This document shows positions 53,233 through 64,000 of a stretch of DNA of 64,000 bases, one piece after another (positions within the stretch are counted from its first letter, which is position 1; each line of letters opens with the position of its first letter). The stretch lies in the NCBI GenBank assembly GCA_951406725.2, contig OX597825.1, positions 65,348,001 to 65,412,000 on the forward strand, in the 5' to 3' direction. This DNA is from Octopus vulgaris. Its lineage: Eukaryota. The position numbers were made by a program, and so were the translations under genes. The notes beneath the pieces were generated by a model. It made no database searches. It was not told the DNA's origin and worked only from the letters and a program-made list of their open reading frames with translations.

Positions 53233-53648
53233 TATTTCTTTATTGCCAACAAGGGGCTGAACATAGAGGGGACAAACAAGTACAGACAAGGGTATTAAGC
53301 CGATTACATTGACCCAAGTGCCTAACTGGTACTTAATTTATCGACCCCGAAAGGATGAAAGGCAAAGTTGACCTCGGTGGAATTTGAACTCAGAACGTGG
53401 CGGCAGACGAAATACCTATTTCTTTATTACCCACAAGGGGCTAAACATAAAGAGGACAAACAAGGACAGACATAGGTATTAAGTCGATTACATTGACCCC
53501 AGTGCGTAACTGGTACTTAATTTATCCACCCCGAAAGGATGAAAGGCAAAGTCGACCTCGGCGGAATTTGAACTCAGAACGTAGCGGCAGACGAAATACC
53601 GCTAAGCATTTCGCCCGTCGTGCTCAGGTTTATGCCAGCTCGCCGCCT
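53233..53648 (-). mobile_element. Family C SINE dimer
   Basis: Units 53417-53648 (full) and 53233-53416 (5'-truncated). Junction cagacgaaatacc|tatttctttattac. An older plus-strand copy follows at 53654-53795. Confidence 0.92.
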
Positions 53649-54597
53649 TTAAACTTCTGAGTTTAAATTCCGCCGAGGTAAACTTTGTTTTACACCCTTC
53701 CGATGTCGATAAAATGAATTATGTCAAGTACTGATATCAATGGTATCGACTAACCCACTGTCGTTAAAATTGCTGTTTTTGTTCATAAATTAGAAAAGTT
53801 TTATAGCATCTATAAAATAAGTTCGGGTTAATTGTTTGGGATTGACAAAATCGACTGCAGAATTCTACAGTAGAAGCGTTATTAATTTAGATATATCTAT
53901 ATTGTCAATGACAAACGAACTTCATAAACTTGATATAGAATTAGAAAGTTGACTAAAGATACCCGAATCTGTTGAAGAAAAGGTGCAAATATAAGTATGT
54001 TACCTTAGTTTCACTTGTTCCTGTCCAATAAGAAAAATATATGTCGTCCTTCCATCGGCTTAAAAACGAAGCTAAGTAATGTGCTTTGGGAACATAGGAA
54101 GACATATACCTTATGCTCCTCTTGATAACAGGTCTTACAGCGATCGGTTCCACGACTTAGAATTGTATAAATTTGCTTTACACAACATTTGGTTATTGGC
54201 TGGAATCGCAAACCAGACGAATCGAGAGAAGAGCAGATGATTTTCAACCCCAGTGAGCAAGTATAATGCTGGTTATCGTGATAAAACATTTCCCCTTTAC
54301 CGATATATACAATCTCTTTAAGCCATGTAAATTTAGGAATGTGTTAAAATATATATTCTATATCGTCGATAAAAGAGATTTTTGCATCCAACCAAAGGTT
54401 GATAATTACCATGAGGATTCAAAGAGATTGTTGTTCCGAATATAATGTGAAAATAGTCTTGAAAACTTCTCTTTGAGTTGATAACGTCAGAGAAATATTT
54501 TATCCAAAAGCTTAGCACTTTACCGGAACCTTCAAAGATGGTTCGGTCTTTTTTTTTTTCTTTCTGTTATATTAATGTGGAGAAAGAAGGAGGAGGA

Positions 54598-54658
54598 GAA
54601 AGAAGAAGAAGAAGAAGAAGAAGAAGAAGAAGAAGAAGAAGAAGAAGAAGAAGAAGAA
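54598..54658. repeat. (AAG)n microsatellite
   Basis: Directly visible. Confidence 0.95.
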
Positions 54659-56040
54659 ATTAACATAAACACGTTGTAAAGTACTCCTTGTTATAATCAC
54701 TGCCGTAAATGGCCGAATCAATTATGTTGATAAAAAAAAAGAAGCTATAAAATGGCAGTATTAATCGATTGCTAAAGTCGTTACTAAAATACTTAACAAG
54801 CATGGAATTGTTAAAATCGATTTACTATTAGGAAATATGGCCATATGGCGCTGAATACATTTACAGCGAAGAATTCTTTCCTTCGCAAACCTTTCCTTTT
54901 CACTCAGTTTAGCTTCCTATCTTTCATCTTCTTTCTCTCTCACTGATTCAGTTTTATTCCTCTTCCTTAATTCTTTTACCACATCCATTGCTCTCCCTAC
55001 CCGCATCTTTTTGGTATTCTCAGCACTCACATACTCGCTACTCTTTTGCCCATTCTTTGTCAACCTTATGTTTGAGTTCCTCTATCTTTCTCTTTATATC
55101 TTTCTTCCCATATCTCTCTCTCTCTCTATCTCTCTACCTCTCTCTCCATCTGTCTTTATTTTATATACATTTCCAACCAAGCTCTCATTTCTCTCTATCA
55201 ACCTTTCACTATCTTTATTCAGCCGTCTCGCAACACCTTCTCTCTTCCCTCCTTTCTCTCCCTCAATCAATCCTGTCATTCTGCAGGCTTAGTTCCCCTT
55301 TAACTTATTGATTTCTCATTGAAGAGAATTATCAATGATCTGTGGCCGTTGGTATCGAATACATCCCCTTCTCTCCCAACTCTCTCTCTCTCCTTATCTC
55401 TAGTAGTAGTGGTAGTATTTTTTGTCTTTTCAATAATTGCTTTTCGCTTTTTTTTTTTTACATTAACATTATGATAACACGACATAAAGGAAACGGGTAA
55501 GAAATCCGAGATCAAAGCGAAGTACCATGTGCTGATTCTTGTAAACTACATCAATTTTATATTTAAGAACTAATTAAAAGCTTTCCGTTTTGTGTATATT
55601 AATTATGTTTTTAACGAGTTTAAGAAGGACAACGAGAGAATCAAACAAGTGAAACTATAACATAATGTTAGCATATCTTGTTGAAATGGCGCCTACAAGA
55701 CAAACAAAAGAGATAATTCGTCTGAAGTCTTGCCATGGATGTTAGCTGTTCGAAACAACAAGTGGTTTTGCTATGAAATCATTGTATGTTTTAGTAAATA
55801 CACGTACATTCAGTAACAATGGGATATCGTTTGAAGTAGTGCAGTAAAAGAAATGGAGAATCAACAGGATGAAGATTTTCGTGGGAATTATCAGCAGCAC
55901 GATGCTGGTTTTTTTTTGTTTTTTTTTTGTTTTATTCATTTCATTTATGTTTTTTTTTGTTTTTTATTAGCCCCTTCTTCGCAAAAAGAATTTGTTTTGA
56001 AATTGTAAAGCAAGCTGACATTCCTCAACTGTATTTCAAG

Positions 56041-56102
56041 TCATCCAAGACATCATCATCTTCTCCTTCATCACCATCGCCATTAGCATCATCATCATCA
56101 TC

Positions 56103-56133
<31 letters not shown>

Positions 56134-56143
56134 CCATCATCAC

Positions 56144-56183
<40 letters not shown>

Positions 56184-56348
56184 TTCCTCTCATCTTCCAC
56201 GTCGTCTTTGTCACGATTGTCATAGACATAACCATCATCATTATCATCATCATCATCATCATCGTGCCACCACCAACACCGCACCATCATCAACACCATC
56301 AGAATCCCTTCCGCCACCACCATCACCTTCATCATCATCATCGTCATC
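56041..56348. repeat. Imperfect (CAT)n/(CAC)n tract
   Basis: Directly visible. Explains the poly-Ser, poly-His and poly-Met ORFs. Confidence 0.92.
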
Positions 56349-56525
56349 TTTTTCTTCACTTATTCAATGAGAACCGTGTGTCCTCAGATTATTTCTACTC
56401 AATAAGGACGTCAACTGTTTGTTATGTCGATGCTTTCTCTTTATGCCAACACAGAAGTTAATCCACTACAGTGGTGCTCACCGGGTTGTTTCAAAATTAG
56501 TAGAACACACATAAGCGGGACAGAT

Positions 56526-56902
56526 ATTGGTTTCAAATTTCGGCACAAGGCCAGTAATTTGGGGAAAGGGAGTAAGTCGATTACATGGATCCCAATGCTC
56601 AACGGGATTAATTTATCAACCCCAGAAGGCTGAAAAGCAAAGTCGACCGCGGCGGAATTTGAACGTAAAGATAGACGAAATACCTATTTCTTTATTACTC
56701 ACAAGGAGCTAAACACAGAGGAGACAAACAAGGACAGACAAACGGATTAAGTTGATTATATCGACCCCAGTGCATAACTGGTACAAATTTAATTGACCCC
56801 GAAAGGATGAAAGGCAAAGTCGACCTCGGCGGAATTTGAACGACAGACGAAATACCGCTAAGCATTTTACCCGGCAAAGCAATGATTCTGCTAATTCGCA
56901 GC
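56526..56902 (-). mobile_element. Family C SINE dimer
   Basis: Junction tagacgaaatacc|tatttctttattac at 56684. Confidence 0.88.
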
Positions 56903-57403
56903 TTTAAAAGTGAAACAAATATTGCAAGGCGTTTCTCTCAGAATTCCAACAATGCAGTACCTAGACTGGTGTTTTATTCCAACGACTCCGAACAGATTGA
57001 AAGTAAAACTGGCAAGTAAAACTGGCCAAGACGTGATATGAATTAAGTGAGTAGATCGCCGGAATATAACTAGTCCTCACTGTATGTTAATTCGCCGCTT
57101 CTTTTCATTTCTTAGAGAAGGTGGGGATTCAGCCCGAAACCTAAAAATACCCCCCCCCCTTAAGACACACAATCTATTAATTTTATAAGTGTCATCACTA
57201 GTTTCTTCGGAATCGTTTTTTCATTTTTTCTTTTATGTTAATCATTAAAAGTTAGTGTTTCCCAGAAATCCATATATTTAGGGAAAAATACTCAATCCCC
57301 GATCCATAGCATTAAAAAAACAAAGCAATGATATACTCGGGTTTAGAATACCAGTGTATCACAGATAATATCTCAGCAAAAAGCTTTCACGCTTACCTAT
57401 TCC

Positions 57404-57636
57404 TTAACACTTTAGCATTCAGTTTATTCTGTGACGTATAATTCATATTTATTCACATTGCTTTGAATTAATCACGCTTTAGCTCTTAACTTCAAGATTT
57501 CGATCACCTAATCGTTTATTTTTAGAATGATATAGTATAGCTATATACTATAACTTATAGCTATGAAAAGCTGGATCTGGCCGGTAGAATATTTGGTAGA
57601 ATATTTAGACCAAATATGACTGGCTTTAAGGGTTAA
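57404..57636. mobile_element. TTAA-flanked MITE (piggyBac-type ends), degenerate
   Basis: Starts TTAA-cactttagcatt and ends tttaaggg-TTAA. Confidence 0.5.
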
Positions 57637-58581
57637 AGCAAAATCAACTAAAACTGTGTTGGATAATTATTCTAACCATAAAATACAATGGAGTAACAGT
57701 TATTGATTTAAATTTATGTCTGATGCCAAATAGCGAAATACATTTAGTAATTTTTCGTTTCGTTAACGAGAGATTGACTGATCACTGCGTGCAACTCTGA
57801 CATCTATTGCAAGATATCGAGATAGGTGCAGCACAATTATTCTCTTTTGATGAGAACTCAAGCGTATCATATGGAAAAATTCAAGAAGCGTCATCTTATC
57901 CACTAAACAAAATGGATGTAGACTACAATGTGGCCAATAGATTTGTGTCAATAAAAGACACAGAGAGAATAGACGATTTGTTTTGTCTATTCCTTGTAAT
58001 GTTTTCTATTGACCTTGAGCTTTCACTATTGTTTGTCGATATATAATTATTTCTGATCAAAGGCAGACGTTGTGAACTCTTCGACTTAAGTCTCATGAGA
58101 TAAGTTTGTTACTTGTCTGTGACATTGCGCTGTATCTTTGTCTAACAATAACAAGATAAATAATACAAATAAAGTTAATGCTGCGTCTAGTGATTAAACA
58201 TAATTAAAAAACGAGACAACGAAGAAAGCTCTATGCAAATAAACAAGCGGTTCTACTACACAGCCACTCGACTTACTAGTACTAGCAGCTAAATTTTATT
58301 TAAATGACACCCTGTTGTCTTAACAATTTCATTCGTTTTGCTCATTCTGAATTGATGAGGAACTGGACAAGATAAAAACTATCAGCACACTGAACCAGAT
58401 TATACCGAAGGTTTCGAGCAAACTTTACCTTCCTTAATACAATTACGAAACAAAAGGATTTGCCCTATGGTATACTAATACAATATGCAGTATAAATAAA
58501 AAGACCCTGCGTTCGATTCGCACCTTGCTATTTTCTACTTTTTTACGAGTAACATCTATTTTTCTGTATTTTCACTTTAAA

Positions 58582-58667
58582 ACATACATACATACATACA
58601 TACATACATACAAACATGCATACATACACACACACACATGTATATATATTTACATATATATATACAT

Positions 58668-58700
<33 letters not shown>

Positions 58701-58720
58701 CATACATATACATACATATA

Positions 58721-58774
<54 letters not shown>

Positions 58775-58781
58775 CATATAT
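58582..58781. repeat. (CATA)n/(CA)n/(TA)n microsatellite
   Basis: Directly visible. Confidence 0.9.
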
Positions 58782-59169
58782 GAATCCCGTACCGTTGATA
58801 ATAAGATAAAGTTCTTACATGGACCACAGATTTGTGGGGAGGTGTTACTTGACTAAATCGATAGGACAGATGACCTTGAATGGACAGCCAAAGCTACACC
58901 CAGCAGAATACACACAGATTCAAACACATACTAACACAGATGCACACATTCAAAATTAGGAGAATGAAGAAAGAAAGTATCACTCAATATATGAAGTAAG
59001 CGTAGTTAATATTTAATAGAACATTGTCTAATCTGTTTAGTACTTAAAGCTTAGTGCATCGACCTCTTCAGATATATATTATAAATAGAGTAAGATGAAT
59101 TTAAAGACGGTTTCTAAGTGAAAATGGTGGGGATTCCGTTGGTCAGTTCAGGTTACGTGAATAGTTTTA

Positions 59170-59523
59170 ACCTTTCTACTATAGGCATATGGCCTGAAAT
59201 TTTGGGGAGGGGGTTAGTTGATTAGATCGACTCCAGTACGCAACTGGTACTAAACTTACTGACACCGAAAGGATGAAAAGCAAAATCGACCTCGGCGGAA
59301 TTTGAACTCAGAACGTAAAGACAGACAAATACCTTATTTCTTTATTCCCCACAAGGGGCTACACACAGATGGTACAAACAAGGACGGACAGACGGATTAA
59401 GTCGATTATATTCGACCCCAGTGCGTAACTGGTACTTCTTTAATCGACCCCGAAAGGATGAAAGGCAAAGTCGACCTCGGCGGAATTTGCCCGGCGTGCT
59501 AACGATTCTGCCAGCTCCCCGCC
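59170..59523 (-). mobile_element. Family C SINE dimer
   Basis: Junction cagacaaatacc|ttatttctttatt at 59333. The first unit has an internal deletion after ggaatttg. Confidence 0.88.
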
Positions 59524-59651
59524 TTAGGTCACGAGAATAGTTTAATAAAGTAGTAATACAAGTATTTTTAACATGCTTCTAAGCAGTAGAGTGCTCAATC
59601 TAGGGGTGACAAATAGCCCATGATATGTAGTGTTTGGGAACTCAGTTACGT

Positions 59652-59868
59652 CAGATTCAAAGTTTGACACAAACGCAGTAATTTCGGAGTGGAGAGTGGC
59701 TAAGTCGATTACATCTACCCCAGTGTTCAACTGGTACTTATTTTATCAATCTCTAAAGGATGGAAAGCAAAGTCAACCTCGAGGAAATTTGAACTCAGAA
59801 AGTAAAGACGGATGACATGCCATTAAGCATTTCGCCCGGCGTGCTAAAGATTCTACCAGATCACCGCT
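59652..59868 (-). mobile_element. Family C SINE
   Basis: aagtcgattacatctaccccagtg..gaactcagaa..aagcatttcgcccggcgtgctaa. Confidence 0.85.
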
Positions 59869-60395
59869 TTAGCTATATCAGATACTGATGGTGATAGAAG
59901 GAAGCCGTTCAGCGTGATGAGGTAACCTGTAAGCCGTTAGATTATATATTAGCCTGCTTATCATACATTTTAATGTAGTGTAATTTTAGCTCGACTGTGG
60001 TAGTCTAAGCAGACGATGGCACACGAAAACGTCGGAATCTCACTATTGGAAAGACTCAATAATTGTGTATGGGAGTCAATGGTGGATTTTTCTTCTGGAC
60101 TATCAGCTGATAATATTTTCTAGTTATTAACATATAACAGGCACGCACACACACATATTTGTGTGTGAGTACTTAAAGCTACATATGTATCTTTAAACCC
60201 AAGGGATAATAAGTTTTTAGCGAATTTTATAATGATAGCATTTTGTTTTGGAGAATATTATAATGGCAATGGGAATATTATAATAATATACAATATAACT
60301 GAGAATGCTAAAAGGTATAATTTACTATTTGAATATGTAAAAATGTATCAAGGATTCTCTCTCTCCCTCTCTCTTCCCCTCCCTCGCTCTCTCCA

Positions 60396-60426
<31 letters not shown>

Positions 60427-60518
60427 GTATATATATATATGTGTGTGTGTGTGTGTATATATATATAATATATATTTATACACACACACACATAGATATA
60501 TATGTATATATATGTATA

Positions 60519-60567
<49 letters not shown>

Positions 60568-60569
<2 letters not shown>

Positions 60570-60614
60570 TCTAGTTTCAGCTTAGAGCTGCGGCCATGCT
60601 GATGCACCGCCTTT
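60568..60614 (-). mobile_element. Tail-only retroposed fragment inside (TA)n
   Basis: Reverse complement aggcggtgcatcagcatggccgcagctctaagctgaaactagaga. The same piece lies at 9376-9413 on the plus strand. Confidence 0.6.
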
Positions 60615-60834
60615 AATATATATATATATATATGAAACATAGAGTAGAGAGCACTTCATATGTCGATAGAGAAATACACATACATGTATATTACTTTTGA
60701 GAGAAGGAAGAGAGAGAGAGAGAGAGAGAGAGAGTAAAATACATATTGCACGCGCATGTGTGAGTGTATGTAGATATACAGATGACAAAAAAATTAACAA
60801 ATACATTTTTAAAATATACAGATGTAAATATGCA

Positions 60835-60886
<52 letters not shown>

Positions 60887-61816
60887 GAAGCGTGTGTGTA
60901 AGAGACAGTGTTTGCCATATGTAAGTATGAAACTAAATATGCGGTAACACATATGTAAAACAATATGACATCTGCTTTAGTTATTATTTCTCTAATGACC
61001 GTTGTTTTGCGAAATCATAGGCAATAAATGATATGCATTAACATTAACATATATATATTTAAAGTAATCGATAATTCATAAGCCCCGTAAGTGGAAGCCA
61101 GCATTGAAAGATCTCTTCACAATATTTACTATATCTACAGGATGCTAATTATCCGTTGGGTTCCGAACAAAGATATGCAATAAAACTTTCAGCGGGATCT
61201 GGTAGGAGATATTATTAATACATTTTCAGCAGATTATAAATATGGATATTTTGCATTCTCGTTTATGCTTGCTCCGTTGATTTTTAAATTTTTTTTATCT
61301 TTTCATTTCTTATTTTTTTAATTTATATTATATTTTACTATTATTATATAACGTTATTTTACGTTTTATGATATTTCAGTGTCGTTATTTTGACATGTTG
61401 TTTAATTTTACGTTTTCACTTCCAATTCCCTTTTCGGCTATTTCAAGCCTCAACAAATTTATTGAAAATATAAAGCTGTGTTCAACTGCTATAGAATGAC
61501 ATTATTGAAGAATTAAAACTAATTTAATGCATTTGTTGATAAACGAGGAGCAAGATTTTCTTAGATATTAACATTATCCTCCATTTAATAAAATTATGCA
61601 ATCAATGCTTAATGAGCCGAATGATAAATTAGAGTTAACCATGACTTTTTACAAAAAACTGCTTTTACACAATTTTTCTTTTTAATGGGATGGATGTTTT
61701 TCGATATGTGATTCATAAAACATCGGTGATAAACAATCCTTAGCTGTCATAAATATGATGATATCACCACAGAGAGAAGCTTTGAGTTCGTTCAAATATA
61801 TTAATTTTCCAGGTTA

Positions 61817-61982
61817 AGGTGCCTCCGTGCCTAATTGATTAAGAAACTTGCTTCCCAACCAGATGATTTAGGTTTCAGTCCCACAGCGTAGTACCTTGGG
61901 CCAGTGTATTGTATGGTAGCTTTGGGTTCACCAAAACCTTATAACTGGATTTCTTAAACGACAACTACAATAATCCCATCAT
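61817..61982 (+). mobile_element. Family B SINE head, degenerate
   Basis: cttgcttcccaacc..ttcagtcccacagcgtagtaccttgggccagtgt..ccaaaaccttataactggattt. Confidence 0.7.
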
Positions 61983-62059
61983 GTACACACACACACACAC
62001 ACGCACACACACATATACATACACATACTCACTCACATTCACATGCACACTTATATATT

Positions 62060-62398
62060 ATTCTTTTATTCTTTTCATTCATTTGACTGCGACCATGCTG
62101 AAGCACGCATTTAGTCGAACAAATCGACTCCAGGACTTATTCTTTGTAAGCCTTGTACTCATTGTATCGGTCTCTTTTGCCGAACCGCTACGTTACGGGG
62201 ACGAAAACACACCAACATCGGTGGTCAAGCGATGATTGAGGGACAAACAGATGCACAAATATATACACGTATACATGCATATATATATATATATGTATAG
62301 ACAAGTGAAGACACTTGTACAAGGTGCCATGCAGTGGAATGAACCCAGAACCATGTAGTTGGGAAGCAGGATTCATAAAATACAACCACACCTGCGCC
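62060..62398 (-). mobile_element. Family B SINE with internal deletion
   Basis: catttgactgcgaccatgctg..tatcggtctcttttgccgaaccgcta..aagacacttg..aggtgccatgcagtgg..cctgcgcc. Confidence 0.85.
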
Positions 62399-62609
62399 TG
62401 TGGTATATATATATATATATATATTTACATATATATATACATATGTATGTACATATGTATGTATGCATGTATGTATGTATGAATATATCTGTGTATATAT
62501 ATATATATATATACATATACATACATACATACATATGTGTGTGAGATCTGTGTGTGTGTGTATATGTGACTTTGTATGTGTGTGCTTGCATGTGTGAGTG
62601 TGCACATGT

Positions 62610-62866
62610 TTGTGTTTTCTTGTCTCCACATTCAATGATTGGTGTAAATGAGCATCACTGTCATGCAAGCAATATAATTTATTTCCAATATTCTGCAAAA
62701 ACATGTCTGGCCGTGGGAAAAATATTATCTTGCTTGGAAACCGGTGACATGTTTGGTGACATGAATGTTATCAGACCATAGAAAAAATCTACCTTAATAA
62801 ACTCTCTTCGATCCATGCAAACAAGGAAAAGTGACCGTTAACATAACTACGATGATGATGATGATG
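62610..62866 (+). mobile_element. Old retroposon 3' part ending in (GAT)n
   Basis: gatccatgcaaacaaggaaaagtgaccgttaa followed by gatgatgat. Resembles RTE-mobilised SINE tails (recalled, not searched). Confidence 0.45.
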
Positions 62867-63111
62867 AGGAGGAGGAGGAGGAGGAGGAGAATGAAGAAGG
62901 AAAACGATGACAAAGAGGAAGAAGAAATGTATTGTAATCGGCATATTAGTTTCAATAGATGAGAATGTATTGCTTAAAGAAATGGGGAAAGTGCTCGAAA
63001 AACAGAGATCTAGAAATAGACCCGAATGCGGAACCTGAAGAGAGAAAAGAATATTCTTGATCAGAAAAGAACATGCAGACAAACACAAAATACTAAGACG
63101 TATGAATTTTT

Positions 63112-63420
63112 ATCACCGTCACCGTGACCGACCAGGCTATCAGATGTTGCAACACATCGCTGGTCACAATGCGCTTCGCATTATTTTAGCCTTCAAATGA
63201 CGCCACCCCGCTGGCTAAGCGAGCAGGCCAACAGAAGAAAGAGTGAGAGAAAGTTGTGGGGAAAGAGTTCAGCAGGGATCGACACCACCCCCTGCCGGAG
63301 ACTCGTGGAGCTTTAGGTGATTTCGTTCAATAAACACTCCCAACGCCCGGTCTGGGAATCGAAACCGCGATCCTACAACCGCGCGTCCGCTGCACTCACC
63401 ACTGGGCCATTGCGCCTCCA
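63112..63420 (-). mobile_element. Family A SINE, full length
   Basis: Reverse complement tggaggcgcaatggcccagtgg..gtttcgattcccagaccgggcg..., ending gcctggtcggtcacggtgacggtga. Confidence 0.9.
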
Positions 63421-63586
63421 CATGAATTTATATAACATACAAAAAACAATATTGCTAGGCAATTTTCGAATTCTGCGTAGAGCACTTTCAGTATAATAGA
63501 AATAATATCACAGAAACAAACCACTCCACATACACAAGGCACAACGAGTTGAACTCGTTACTGCAGAGAAAAATGCAATAAAAATA

Positions 63587-64000
63587 TTAGGTTGTCCGGA
63601 AAGTTCGTGCCGATTATTAAAGGAAAGAAAAAAAGTCAATAAATACTTGCCATTACATTTAATTTTTAATCAACCAAACATGAAACATTTTGTTGCACAA
63701 TGCATCTCCATCTTTCCTTTAACTTGAAAATACTCTCTTCCCAGGATTGAGGTGGTTTCATGGCAAAGAATCCATCAAGGTATCTTTTTACGTAATCCAA
63801 GGAATTGAAATTTTTACCATTAAGACTATTCTGCAGAGACCTGAATAAGTGGAAATCTGAAGGAGCAATATCTGGTGAATATCGAGGGTAGGGTAACATC
63901 CCAGCCGAGCTGCAGCAATTTCTCTATTTATTTATTTATTTATTTATTTATATTTTTAGTTCCCAAAGCATCAAGTGCCGAAAATGAACTTTCTTATCTT
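63587..64000 (-). mobile_element. Second copy of the deleted mariner, running off the window
   Basis: TA followed by TIR ttaggttgtccggaaagttcgtgccgat. ORF 63666-63899 gives YSPDIAPSDFHLFRSLQNSLNGKNF..LKERW. Confidence 0.93.

Noticed and set aside
55927-56461. Poly-Ser, poly-His and poly-Met ORFs
   Set aside because: They are frames of one (CAT)n tract, with no splice or homology support.
63543-63559. Perfect palindrome aacgagtt-g-aactcgtt
   Set aside because: An isolated 8-bp arm is plausible by chance in 64 kb and has no supporting context.
63666-63899. Transposase ORF as a functional CDS
   Set aside because: It is only the C-terminal piece of an internally deleted mariner. Most of the catalytic domain and the HTH are absent.

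Overview
AT-rich, microsatellite-saturated eukaryotic DNA. The SINE repertoire and repeat style point to a coleoid cephalopod, most likely Octopus (recognised from memory, not searched). No intact protein-coding gene can be supported: the window reads as intron or intergenic DNA. Almost all ORF-track entries are translations of (TA)n, (TG)n, (TACA)n or (GATA)n tracts. The identifiable content is: (1) at least four tRNA-headed SINE families, labelled A-D here, in dozens of copies including a chimera and dimers; (2) 3' fragments of RTE-clade and R4/Dong-clade non-LTR retrotransposons; (3) two internally deleted mariner copies and TTAA-type MITE remnants; (4) several short Penelope-like (PLE) terminal fragments. 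The most notable signal is about a dozen minimal type I hammerhead-ribozyme-like motifs (CTGANGA...GAAAC-palindrome-GTH), all partly degenerate, in several different short repeats next to microsatellites. One pair is a tandem dimer with a 148-nt period (31451-31690), reminiscent of retrozymes. Also notable are a 115-bp-arm inverted repeat in non-SINE sequence (36199-36523), a near-identical 160-bp inverted duplication (17866-18025 / 20121-20279), and one minus-strand exon or recursive-splice candidate (41627-41836). Alignments and folds were done by eye, so boundaries are approximate.
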